Assembly: GCA_951406725.2 (NCBI GenBank)
Contig: OX597814.1
Span: 169,136,001 to 169,200,000 of the forward strand
From: Octopus vulgaris
Lineage: Eukaryota
DNA length: 64,000 nucleotides
Reading direction: 5' to 3'
A program made the position numbers and the translations under genes. Of the stretch, positions 36,940 through 49,040 are shown one piece after another; position 1 is the stretch's first letter; every line of letters begins with the position of its first letter. The notes under the pieces are model-generated. The model had not been told where the DNA came from and did no database searches. It was given only the letters and a program-made list of their open reading frames with translations.

Positions 36940-37506
36940 TTGGGTTGTCCAGAAAGTTCATGCCGATTTATTGTAGCTTACCTCTCGACTTCAATTTAGA
37001 ACATGGTTGAGTCCATAAAATAGAATTTGGCTACACCTCCATTTAGAGAACAGTTTAAGCTATGTTTTCATGGAAGAAGGTTTATGTTCCTATGACCTGT
37101 GTTAATTCTGTAACCCTTTAAAATGGAAGATAAGAAAGTTCATTTCCGGCACTTGATGCTTTGGGAACCAGACAAAAATTGATGCAGCTCGGCTAGGATG
37201 TGTTACCCCACCCTCCATATTCACCAGATATTGCTCCTTTGGATTTCTACTTATTCAGGTCTCTGCAGAATAGTCTTAATGGTAAAAATTTCAATTCCTT
37301 GGATGACGTAAAAAAATACCTTGATGAATTCTTTGCCATGAAACCACCTCAATTCTGTGAAGAGGGTATTTTCAAGTTAAAGGAAAGATGGAGACACATT
37401 GTGCAACAAAATGGTTCATATTTGGTTGATTAAAAATGTAATGGTAAGTATTTATTTACCTTTTTCTTTCCTTTAAAAATTGGCATGAACTTTTCGGACA
37501 ACCCAA
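36940..37506 (+). mobile_element. Non-autonomous mariner deletion derivative, second copy
   Basis: TA TSDs and the same TIRs. ORF LPHPPYSPDIAPLDFYLFRSLQN carries the mariner YSPDLAPxD motif. Confidence 0.93.
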
Positions 37507-37927
37507 TAGTTTGCTCTTAAGACTTGTTATATAAGTAAATCAATATGAATGTTTACATTCATTTAATCATTTTATGCAAGGATATATTTATACCTGTAGG
37601 TATGTATGAAGATGTTGACATTTGTTAACTAATATTTTTTTTAGCAACTTAGTGTAAAAAGCTTGCTTTATATTTTAATTGATTAATATGTAAGAGAAAT
37701 AATGAGGATAAAGAGAAATGGAGGTGAGAAGGAAAGATCAGGGATAGGATGATAAATAAGGATGAGAAAGAGAGATAAAGAATAGTCAGAGAAATAAGAG
37801 GGAGAAAGAGAAACGTGGGAGGAGGGGAAAGAAAAAAGTTGAAACAAGTTGAAAATGATAAGGGGCAAGAGAAACAAGAGAGGAGCAGGGGGAGTAAGAG
37901 ACACAAATGAAATAGAAATAGCTCACA

Positions 37928-37959
<32 letters not shown>

Positions 37960-38424
37960 TACACACGCACACATGCATGCACATGCACATACACTCTCAT
38001 TCACTCACTTGTACAATTTGACAATTCCTGAGGGTCTCTTCATAGACTGAAAAACATTCCATTAAAACTGTTAGCACTTGCAAAACAGTCATGCTTATCC
38101 TTCATCAATTTACCTTTTCTCTCATTCTCTTTTCTCTCTTTTTTTCCTCCTTACTCTCTCTCTCTCTCTCACTAGTTCTCTCATCATTCACTCACTCCAC
38201 ATTCACACATAATATACACACATAACAATGGATTGTTTAAACAAATGTTATTCTATTCATTATTATACTATGTTTTATTGACCTTTTAGCTGTGATACTA
38301 TTGAATAATTGTTGCTATTATTCCGAATTATTGATCTTATGAAGTTATTTTTCATTTTTCTTTTTATATAATCTTTGCTGCTCTAATAAGCATTTCTTTC
38401 CTCTCTACCTATATATCTATCAAG

Positions 38425-38795
38425 TCTTATTCTGTTGTGTCTGGGGAGAGTCATTTTCTTTTTGTACCTTATTTAACACTTCACCGGTAGAATTTCTACT
38501 TGTTTCTTATTTTTATTTTCAGAGACTATTGAAAAGGTTGCAAGACACAATGATAAAATTTTAGGAAAATAAAAATAAGAAATAAGTGGAAATTTTACCG
38601 GTGAGAGTGTTAAATTATAAGGCCCAAAAAGAAAATGGCTCTCCCCAGAGACAACAGAATATGCTTCAACACACGAACTCACATAAAGAATCTTGCAAAC
38701 CAAATCCAAAAACGAAATATGTCTTTCCTCTCTACTCTTATTCTGTTGTGTCTGGGGAGAGTCATTTTCTTTTTGTGCCTTATAATTTAATACAC
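38425..38795. mobile_element. Rearranged copy of the foldback element (forward-reverse-forward)
   Basis: TCTGGGGAGAGTCATT forward at ~38441 and ~38751, and reverse at ~38635-38650. Confidence 0.72.
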
Positions 38796-38964
38796 TTTGC
38801 AAAGCATTTTTGCTGGACATACTAACAATTCTGCCAACTTACTGCCTTAATAATAATTATAATCCTTTCTACCAAAGGTACAAGGCCTGAAATTTGGGGA
38901 AGGGGACTAGTCGATTACGTCAACCCTAGTGTTTCACTGATACTTAATTTATCGACCCCAAAAG

Positions 38965-39402
38965 GATGCTGGGTTACAAATATACGAACCCCAATAAACC
39001 CATCATGACTACTTATGTGATAAGGGTACACCAGATACATGCATCACAACCATTTTGTATGCAACATAGTGATTTCATACTAAGATAAGAAGCTCGTAAC
39101 TTTACTGGGGGGGGGGGGGCAAGTTAGAATTTTCTTCAGGCTGCGTAGCCCATCCTACTGAAAAGGTCCCTGGACAAGGGTTGCTTAAGGTTGATGAACA
39201 TTTAATCTATGTTTCCAGAGGTGAATTATTCAAGCTCCAAAGAATTCTTCAACACATGATTATGATCCTCCCCCACTATTCCTGCTCATGATCAGAGATG
39301 AACACATAGTGTCAACCACTGAGGGTCATTCTCAACTGGTTAAGGTCAAGTCACTGACAAGCAAATCTGCAGAATATTTGCCATAACCAATCTTTTACAC
39401 CA
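38965..39402 (-). repeat. Repeat family E
   Basis: Colinear with 49414-49776 and 50110-50180. Confidence 0.75.
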
Positions 39403-39439
<37 letters not shown>

Positions 39440-39650
39440 TGTTTCTTTATTACCCACAAGGGGCTAAGCACAGAGGGGACAAACAAGGACAGACAAACGA
39501 ATTAAGTCGATTACATCAACCCCAATGCGTAACTGGTACTTAATTTATCGACCCTGAAAGGATGAAAGGCAAAGTCGACCTCGGCGGAGTTTGAACTCAG
39601 AACGTAACGACAGACGAAATACGGCTACGCATTTCGCTGCCAGCTCGTCG
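39440..39650 (-). mobile_element. SINE family B with (ATT)n tail
   Basis: Reverse complement of the family B core and tail. Confidence 0.83.
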
Positions 39651-40647
39651 CAATTATAATAATGACACCAAATATCTAAGAGTACATTATTCAGTATGTC
39701 TGGAAAGAAAAATGTACCAAACACTCATGGCTGGTATAACTTTGATCTTAGATCTTTTCACTTTTGGTGGTCTTCTGGCTGGCTGAACAACAACAATTAC
39801 AATTTACAAACAATGAGAGAGCATTTACATAGACGTGTGGAATCTATTTAGTATCAGGAGCAAGTTGTAAGTTCATTTGTATGTGTGTGTGTGTCTGTAT
39901 GTGGGGGGAGGTGTTGCTTGTGTGCTGAGAAGAATAATGAATCTTTAATTTTACAAATTCATTGGTAAGTCTCTTAGTTAAATTATTGTGTTAGTCATGC
40001 ACTGTGGTCAGTTAAATCAAATAAACCTCTTTCTCCCAAATTGTAAGGCCTTCTGCTTATGTTTATAAATTAGAATTAGTAGTAGCTTGCTAGTCAGCAA
40101 GCTGGTAGGATTGCTAGCATGTTGCACAAAATGCTTAGCAGTATTTCTTTAGGTTTGTTATATTTTGATTGAGTTCAAATTCTATCACAGGAATGGCTGT
40201 GTGGTAAGTAGCTTGCTTACCAACCACATGGTTCCGGGTTCAGTCCCACTGCGTGGCATCTTATATGTGCTATATGACTCCTGTCATCTACCACCTTGCT
40301 AAATAATAGGGATTTCTAAGACTGATACAGAGCTGCATATTTTATGTGAGGGCTTTGTCAAATTGAACCCAGTTTATTGTTAGAATTGGGTTCAATTTTA
40401 TAGTTTATAGTTTATAGTTATAAACCCAGTTATAGCTGATTAATAGTTATTTTATCAACTCCCCAAAAACATAAAATGTGAAGTCAACATTTGACATGGC
40501 TTGAACTGAGAATTTAAAAGAAAATTACAAAATATCATAAGGAATTTAGTCTGAAATTCTACCAATTTTGTCATTTACCATGTTGCATATAATGGTTTCA
40601 AATTTTGAAACATGGCCAGCAGTTTTAGGAGAAGGGATAAATCAATT

Positions 40648-41190
40648 ATCATCATCATCATCATCGTTTAACGTCCGCTTTCCATGCTAGCATGGATTGG
40701 ACGATTTGACTAGGGACTGGCGAACCAAATGGCTGCACCAGACTCCAATCTGATCTGGCAGAGTTTCTACAGCTGGATGCCCTTCCTAACGCCAAACAGT
40801 CCGAGAGTGTAGTGGGTGCTTTTACGTGCCACCAGCACGAGGGCCAGTCAGGTGGTACTGGCAACGGCCATGCTCAAATGGTGCTTTTTATGTGCCACCT
40901 GCACAGGAGCCAGTCCAGCAGCTCTGGCAATGACCTTGCTCCAATGTTTTTTCACGTGCCACCAGCACAAGTGCCAGTAAGGTGGCGCAGGTAATGATCA
41001 CGCTCGAATGGTGTTCTTAACGTGCCACCGGCACAGAGGCCAGCTTGTTACTCTGGCAACGATCTCACTCATATCGTACTCTTAGCGCTCCACTAGCACG
41101 GATGCCAGTCATCGAATTTGATTTCGATTTCAATTTCACTTGTCTCAACAAGTCTTCGCAAGCAGAGTTTAGTGTCCAATGAAGGAAAGA
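40648..41190 (-). mobile_element. RTE 3' UTR fragment (second subfamily)
   Basis: (CAT)n tail, ~60 bp subunits, and TTTCACTTGTCTCAACAAGTCTTC homologous to the UTR just after the RTE stop. Confidence 0.82.
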
Positions 41191-41317
41191 AAATTTATCC
41201 TAATGCTCAGCTGGTACTATAAGGTAAGCAATAATAATGAGACTCATTTTAAATGCTAGTGTCTTAGATTATAAAAATGACATAGAGTACCAAATACATT
41301 TATTACAAACTGATATA

Positions 41318-41648
41318 CAGGATTTAAACATATAATCTAAGATTTTACTACTCTTTATGGGTAGTTGGTGTTGGTGACTCTTATAATGTCATGAACTCCA
41401 AAACAAATTACATACATATTTGAAGCATACATCATCAGCCAAAGATCCATCATTGCAGCCCAAAGAAAATTCCGACAGTCTTTTGGAAAGCAATGGGCAC
41501 CATTTCTGTGAGAAAGGCAATTGCAGCCATTCCAGTTGATATACTAAGCCACAATGTGCTTGATATGAGAAAGCGAACTCAAGAATGTTCTATTCATGGT
41601 AATGACCATCTCCAAGATGTATATTCAAATCTTAGATATGTTGAACTG
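41318..41648 (+). mobile_element. Tc1/mariner (DUF4817-type) internal-deletion derivative
   Basis: TA-CAG...ATCTAAGATTT / AAATCTTAGAT...CTG-TA ends. Peptides EAYIISQRSIIAAQRKFRQSF (N-terminal HTH-like) and IAAIPVDIL..MRKRTQEC..GNDHLQDV (C-terminus). Confidence 0.68.
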
Positions 41649-41651
41649 TAT

Positions 41652-42295
41652 ATCATCATCATCATCATCATCATCATTGCTTAACGTCCGCTTTCCATGC
41701 TAGCATGGGTTGGATGATTTGACAGAGGTCTGGTGAACCAGATGGCTGCACCAGGCTCCAATCTGATCTGGCAGAGTTTCTACAGCTGGATGCCCTTCCA
41801 CTCCAAGAGTGTAGTGGGTGCTTTTATGTGCCACCGGCATGAGGACTAGTCAGCGGTACTGGCAATGGCCATGCTCAAATGGTGCTTTTTATGTGCCATC
41901 TGCACAGGATCCACATACTCACACACATATATATATAGCACCAACTGTTCGTGGTCGTTGCCAGCCTACCCTGGCACCTAAAAAGCACCATCCGTATGTG
42001 GCCAATGCCAGCGTCGCCTTGACTGGCTTCCGTGTCGGTGGCACGTAAAAACCACCAACTGATTGTGGCCGTTGCCTGCCTTCCCTGACACCTGTGCCAG
42101 TGGCATGTAAAAAAGCACCCACTACACTCACGGAGTGGTTGGTGTTAGGAAGGGCATCCAGCTGTAGAAACACTGCCAGATCAGACTGGAGCCTGGTGCA
42201 GCCTCCTGGTGTAGCCTCCTGGCTTCCCAGACCCCGGTCAAACCGTCCAACCCATGCTAGCATGGAAAGCGGACATTAAATGATGAGTATGATGA
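41652..42295. mobile_element. Two divergently oriented RTE tail fragments (41652-41910 minus; 41938-42295 plus)
   Basis: Both carry the GAAGGGCATCCAGCTGTAGAAAC motif and (GAT)n tails. Confidence 0.82.
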
Positions 42296-42397
42296 TATAT
42301 ATATATAAATATATATATAGCACCAGGTGGTGCTATTAAGTTAGATATGGCCTGGGCCAATAATGGCCGAAACCTATCAAAGTATCAAAGTATCAAA

Positions 42398-42442
<45 letters not shown>

Positions 42443-42555
42443 TTATGCAATAAATATATTTGGTACTCTATATCATTTTTATAATCCAAGATACTAGCAT
42501 TTAAATCATGTACCATCATTATTTTATCACCATCATGTGCAAGAAAGCCAAAATT

Positions 42556-42881
42556 GACTCTTTTTACTCTTTTACTTGTTTCAGTCATTTGACTGTGGCC
42601 ATGCTGGAGCACCGCCTTTAGTCGAGCAAATCGACCCCGGGACTTATTCTTTGTAAGCCCAGTACTTATTCTATCGGTCTCTTTTGCTGAACCGCTAAGT
42701 GACGAGGACGTAAACACACCAGCATCGGTTGTCAAGCAATGCTAGGGGGACAAACACAGACACACAAACACACACACACACATATATATATATATACATA
42801 TATACAACGGGCTTCTTTCAGTTTCCGTCTACCAAATCCACTCACAAGGCTTTGGTCGGCCCGGGGCTATAGCAGAAGACA
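42556..42881 (-). mobile_element. 3' part of a SINE family A whose 5' part lies at 40188-40262 (+)
   Basis: 5' part ends CGTGGCATCTT and this part starts GTGTCTTCTGCTATAGCC. Intact copies read CATCTTGGGCAAGTGTCTTC. Confidence 0.85.
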
Positions 42882-43509
42882 CTAGCATGGAAAGCGGACG
42901 TTAAACGATGATGATAATTGACTTATCCCTTCTCCTAAAACTGCTGGCCATGTTTCAAAATTTGAAACCATTATATGCAACATGGTAAATGACAAAATTG
43001 GTAGAATTTCAGACTAAATTCCTTATGATATTTTGTAATTTTCTTTTAAATTCTCAGTTCAAGCCATGTCAAATGTTGACTTCATATTTTATGTTTTTGG
43101 GGAGTTGATAAAATAACTATTAATCAGCTATAACTGGGTTTATAACTATAAACTATAAACTATAAAATTGAACCCAATTCTAACAATAAACTGGGTTCAA
43201 TTTGACAAAGCCCTCACATAAAATATGCAGCTCTGTATCAGTCTTAGAAATCCCTATTATTTAGCAAGGTGGTAGATGACAGGGGTCATATAGCACTAAA
43301 CAAAATACAAGATATTTTGTTCTCTCCTACTTGCATGAGTCAGATGGAATTTGTTGAAGTAGAATTTTCTACAGCCAGATGCCCTTCCTGCCACCAATCT
43401 TCACCTATTTCCAAAAACAAGGTATGATTTTATGGAAGATTGGAAATGAAGGACTCTATTTGCATCATGGTGACATTTGTTTACCACTATCACATGAAGC
43501 GAAGGCAAG

Positions 43510-43550
<41 letters not shown>

Positions 43551-43620
43551 AATATAAGGATGGTATTATTAAAATACCATCACAAGTGGTAAGCGAATTA
43601 TCAGCCGTACAGGCAAATTG

Positions 43621-44027
43621 ATAAAATATATACATACAATATTAGATATGTACATATATACACAAACGTACTACATGAGTACCTATATCGCTAATGATAG
43701 AAGTCAAAAAATACTTCTGTACCTACCGAATAGTCACAAAAGATAGGAAAAAATATCAGTGAACAATAATAATGTCTTACCTCTACTGGGTCAGAACAAG
43801 TAAATTTCGAAAACGGTAGCAAGTTAACCAGCATTTACTTGTTCTGACCCATTTGAGGCAAGACATTATTATTGTTCACTGATATTTTTTCCTATCTTGT
43901 CTCTAAATAGATTTGTGACTATTTGGTGGTACAGAAATATTTTTTGACTTCTATCATTAGCGATATAGGTACTCATGTAGTACCCTTGTGTATGTATGTA
44001 CATATCTAACATATGTATATATTTTAT
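43621..44027. repeat. Long foldback, ~185 bp arms, 27 nt loop
   Basis: 43621-43805 is the reverse complement of 43833-44027 at roughly 90% identity, with a ~13 nt insertion in the right arm. Confidence 0.9.
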
Positions 44028-45526
44028 ATATATGTATGTATAAGAGTATTCAGCAGACTTTTTTCAGTTTCATTCTACCAAATCCACTCACAAAGCTTTG
44101 GTCAGCTTGAGGCTATAGTAGAAGATACTTGCCTGAGGTACCACACATTGGGATTGAACCTGAGACTATGTGGTTTAGAAGCTAACCTCTCACCACAAAG
44201 CCATACTTGTGCTTATTATATATATTTGAACTCGGCGGAGTTTAAATTCCGCTGAGGTTGACTTTGCCTTTCATCCTTTCGGGGTCAATAAATAAAGTAC
44301 CAGTTTCGCACTGGAGTCGATATAATCAACTTAATCCGTTTGTCTGTCCTTGTTTGTCCCCTCTATGTTTAGCCTCTTGTGGTTAGTAAAGAAATATATA
44401 TATATATATGTGTGTTATGTGTATGTGTATTTGTGTGTGTGTGTGGCTTGACAATCAGCGTTGGCTTGTTTACATTCTCATGACTTAGTGGTTCAGCAAA
44501 AGATACCAGTAGAATAAATACTGGGGTCATTTTTTTTGACTAAACCCTTCAAGATGGTGCCCCAGCATGGCTGCAGTTCAATGACTGAAACAAGTAAAAG
44601 ATACAGAGATTCCCTTTTTTGGCTAATAAAATTTGGGGAGTCCTATGATCCCTTAATCAAAAAATATATATTTTTTAAAAAATACTTTTGTTGTTTTTGT
44701 AAAATCTCAGACGATAATTAAAAATTCACATTTTTTGTCAAAATTATTTCGTTATATTTGTCTATCTATCCAACTGTAAACATTTTAAATAGTTCTAGAT
44801 ATTTTTGTCAATCACTGGAATTTTTGAGATTGTGAATTTCTCTCCCGATTTTCTGGTAGGAATTAACAGTTCAAGTTTCTATTTGATGTAGGAGGTGCCT
44901 ATTTGTATAACCATGTTCTTGCCTCTTTGTGTGGGCTTTTGATGAGTGTGCTAACTGAATTTCCTTGATGTGGGAGTGTTGGCAGGCAACTTGAAGCTAA
45001 CAAGATGCGTGGTGTGACAGTTCTTGTCGATGATTCTAATTACATTGTATATATAGCATCACAGCCTGTTTTGTGGTTTATGTTGTATATGGATGTTTGC
45101 AAGTGTTTTGTTTCTCTTTGGATTATTTCACTGTTATTTCCATATTTAGTTCGCTTGTTGCTTAGACGCCTTTATGCTGTGCTGGATGTATGTATGCATT
45201 TGTCTGCACATCAGCACACATGTGAATGCTTGCTATATATTCTTTGTCTCTATGAGTATATACAAACATGTACATGCACACACACAAATACAAACATACT
45301 CACATACACACACTCACATACACAATTGGTATCCAGCTGTGATATTACGCTTTAATGTTTTATATTGATGATATCACTTTTCTTCACTCTTCTTTGAAGA
45401 TATTTATATTTATATTAATTCTTGTAGTTGCAATTTTCAGATTACATCATATCTACAAAATATTTCTTGTCCATTTAGAAAACTGTTCTAAGACAATAAT
45501 CTATGACACTTTACTAATTATATTAA

Positions 45527-45920
45527 ATAGGAGTGGCTGTGTGGTAAGTAGCTTGCTTACCAACCACATGGTTCTGAGTTCAGTCCTACTGCATGGCACC
45601 TTGGGCAAGTGTCTTCTACTATAGCCTAGGGCCGACCAAAGCCTTGTGAGTGGATTTGGTAGACGGAAACTGAAGGAAGCCCGTCGTATATATGTATATG
45701 TATGTGTGTGTGTTTGAGTATCTGTCTTTGTCCCCCCAACATTGCTTGACAACCGATGCTGGTGTGTTTATGTCCCCATAACTTAGGGGTTCAGAAAAAG
45801 TGACCGATAGAATAAGTATTAGGCTTACAAAGAATAAGTCCTGGGTCGAGTTGGTTGACTAAAGGCGGTGCTCCAGAATAGTCGCAGTCAGTTGACTGAA
45901 ACAAATAAAAGAGTAAAAGG
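45527..45920 (+). mobile_element. SINE family A
   Basis: Family A head, body and tail. Confidence 0.87.
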
Positions 45921-46222
45921 GCATTCTAACAGTACATCTTATAGTCTATGAGTTAAACATTTCCAGAGAGACTCTGCTACTGACATCTTCTCTGAGAGCT
46001 TATTCATCTAAGTGTTTTAAATGAAAATCTGGGGCTACTAATAGATTAACCCCATTAAAATCTAGAGCTACTGGCAGGTGACATAAAGGTTAGAAATGTA
46101 ACTGAAAACTAGGGATTAGTGAGGGGAAAGGAAACAACAGCATGGCAAATTATATGATATGGTCATTTAGACCTGGACCCAGTTTTCAGGGATTTTTATT
46201 TTTAGGTCAAAGTGGGTTTTAA

Positions 46223-46614
46223 TCTACATGTATATATAAAGCAGAAGTTGTCTGTGTATGGCAGATTTGGTAGCCTTCAACTAACACTATCTCCTCTGAG
46301 ATCCTGCAGCGCTAGTTGACCAAAATTGAGAGTATGATAGAAGGGTTGCTCTTCCTTCTATAGAAGAAAAAATTCAAATCGAACCATGTTAAGATCAAAA
46401 ATTATTTACATCAAAAAGGTGCTTTTTTTTCTATGAAAATCCCTAATTTTTACGATTTTTTTACTGCTGCGTCGCCATTTTTTGGTGTATTTCAACCAGA
46501 AAAATGTTCACTTAAAGAGAATAACAAGCTACATAATGCCAAAGTTTTACTTTTCAAAAATTCCAATTCTAAAGGGTTGAAACAAACCCGAGCAACGCCG
46601 GGTGATACTGCTAG
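46223..46614 (+). mobile_element. Non-autonomous Helitron
   Basis: A|TCTACATGTATATATAA 5' end, subterminal hairpin CCCG-AGCAACGC-CGGG, CTAG|T 3' end. Confidence 0.85.
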
Positions 46615-47147
46615 TTATATGATATGGTCATTTAGTCCTGGACTCAGTTTTCAGGGATTTTTTTCTTTTATAGGTCAAAGTTGGTTTTAATTTCGATAAA
46701 ATTTTAAATTGTTTCTATCCTGTTCACAACTGCAACAGTAGAATATCTTTCAAAATTACAATTCCGTGAGTAAAATAACAGAAAAAAAAGCTTCTCAATA
46801 TAAATAACATCTTTTAGTCATGCTCTTGACATATATCTATTTAATTGCAGCCAGTGTTATTTACAACAAACTAACTACTACCAATGTTTGAAGAAGACTA
46901 CGAGCATAGGATGGCAATCGGTTGCAATGCACAGACATATTCTGTCTGCTTGTGATGGATTATTAAAGGCTGTCAATAAAACATTGCTAGTTAAATACTT
47001 GAGTCAGAGCTTGGTTAATTTGTACAGAGTGAAGAGTTTGTTATATTCAGAATGCATATGAAATATGCATTCTCCATTGTTACTGGTATGTCTTGCTTAT
47101 TGATATCATCATCATCATCATCATCATCATCATTATTATTATTATTA

Positions 47148-47446
47148 CTTTATTTTTCTTCTTTCAAATTTGCTTCCATTTCTTGCCGAGTGTCTTCCCG
47201 ACTCCTAGGGCAAAGAAACTCATAGTATACATTGGTAGGCCATTAAACCAAACTCAGTAGTTCGTTCATTTAAAAAAATTTTTTTTATGTTAAATTAAAA
47301 TACATGAGCAGCAACAGTTCTCACATCGACAATGCTCTTCTCAATATGTGTGATGTACCAGTTAAGACAATCTTTTGCACTTCTTGCAGGGATGGTAAGC
47401 CAGGGATCATTCTCATATAATTTTCGGTTCCCTTCTTGATCATTCC

Positions 47447-47447
<1 letters not shown>
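47148..47447 (-). mobile_element. R4/Dong-type non-LTR retrotransposon 3' end (subfamily 2) in (TAA)n
   Basis: GMIKKGTENYMRMIPGLPSLQEVQKIVLTGTSHILRRALSM* is homologous to the C-terminus of ORF 60968-61495. (TTA)n on both sides. Confidence 0.85.
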
Positions 47448-47535
<88 letters not shown>

Positions 47536-47538
<3 letters not shown>

Positions 47539-47875
47539 TAGTTTTATTTTTATAGCGTGTTTCACTTCACTACTGAGCCCAGCTCTGTGTGCCTTGGGTA
47601 TGTGCTGTGATTTGTTGTGATGCTCTGATGATTACTGTATTGAAAGTGTTCTGCGTAGGATGTGTGCAGTGCCTAGTAGTGCAATTTTCTGTATGTTATA
47701 CGTGTTTGTAAGTTCTGGTGTTTTTGTTATGTATTTGTCTGAATATTTTTTTTATCATACCTAATGCACCTACTATGATAGGAATTGTTTCTGTTTTTAC
47801 TTTCCACATTCTAGTTACCTCTATTTCCAGGTCTTTGTATTTTGAAAGTTTCTCCATTTCTTTTAGAGACACATT
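47536..47875 (-). mobile_element. R4/Dong-type 3' end (subfamily 3) between (TAA)n and (CAA)n
   Basis: VSLKEMEKLSKYKDLEIEVTRMWKVKTETIPIIVGALGMIKK...IQKIALLGTAHILRRTLSIQ*. Confidence 0.87.
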
Positions 47876-47944
47876 GTTGTTGTTGTTGTTTTTGTTTGTG
47901 TTGTTGTTGTGTGTTGTTGTTGTTGTTGTTGTTGTTGCTGTAAT

Positions 47945-48616
47945 TAAGGTGGAGAGCTGGCAGAATTGTTAGCACACTGGATGAAACACTGGATGAAATT
48001 GTATTTTGTCTGTTACTACATTCTGAGTTCAAATTCAGCCGAGGTTGACATTGCCTATCATTCTTTCAGGGTCAATAAACTAAGTATCAGTTAAGTACTG
48101 GGGTTGATGTAATCGACTAGCCCCTCCCCCAAATTTCTGGCCTTGTGCCTTTAGTAGAAAGGATTATTATTATTATTACTATTATTATTATTATTAAGGT
48201 TGCAAGCTGGCAAAATTGTAAGCACACTGGACAAAATGCTCGGCAGCATTCCATCCATCTGAGTTCAAATTCTGCAGAAGTCAACTTTGCCTTTCATCTT
48301 TTCGGGTTGATAAAATAAGTACCAGTTGAACACTGGGGTCGATGTATTTGACTCTTCTCCTCCCCCAAAATTGCTACCCTTGTGGCAAAAATTTGAAACC
48401 ATTATTATTATTAAGGTGGCAACATAACAGAATCATTAGTATGCTGGGCAAAATGCTTAGTGGCATTTTGTCCATCCTTACATTCTGAGTTCAAATTCCA
48501 CCGAGGTTGATTTGCATTTCTTTCTTTCTAGGTTGATGAAATAAGTACCAGTTACACACTAGGGTTGATATAATCAACTAGTCCCCTTCCCCAAAATTTC
48601 AAGCCTTGTGCCTATA
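47945..48616 (+). mobile_element. Three head-to-tail SINE family B copies separated by (ATT)n
   Basis: Heads TTAAGGT at ~47945, ~48195 and ~48412. Confidence 0.8.
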
Positions 48617-49040
48617 GGTGTAGGAGTGGCTGTGTGGTAAGTAGCTTGCTTACAAACCACATGGTTCCGGGTTCAGTCCCACTGTGCAGCACCTTGGGCA
48701 AGTGTCTTCTACTATAGCCTCGGACCGACCAAAGCCTTGTGAGTGAATTTGGTAAACAGAAACTGAAAGAAGCCCATCATATATATGTATATATGTATGT
48801 GTGTGTGTGTATATGTTTGTATACCTGTGTTTGTTCCCCCAACATCGTTTGACAACCGATGGTGGTGTGTTTACGTCCCCATAACTTAGCAGTTTGGCAA
48901 AAGAGACCGATAGAATAAGTACTAGGCATACAAAAAATAAATCCCGGGGTCGATTTGCTCGACTAAAGGCAGTGCTCCAGCATGGCCACAATCAAATGGC
49001 TGAAACAAGTAAAAGAGTAAAAGAGAGAGTAAAAGAGAGT
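48617..49040 (+). mobile_element. SINE family A
   Basis: Family A head, body and tail. Confidence 0.87.

Larger units (their letters stand above)
40267..43296. repeat. ~420 bp inverted duplication (40267-40690 / 42882-43296) at an inversion breakpoint
   Basis: Arms are near-identical in reverse complement: 3 substitutions and a (CAT)n length difference seen. Confidence 0.92.

Noticed and set aside
42345-42380. GGCCA-ATAA-TGGCC-GAAAC hairpin resembling hammerhead stem II
   Set aside because: CUGANGA is reduced to CTG and there is no GUH or stem I. At most a deleted remnant.
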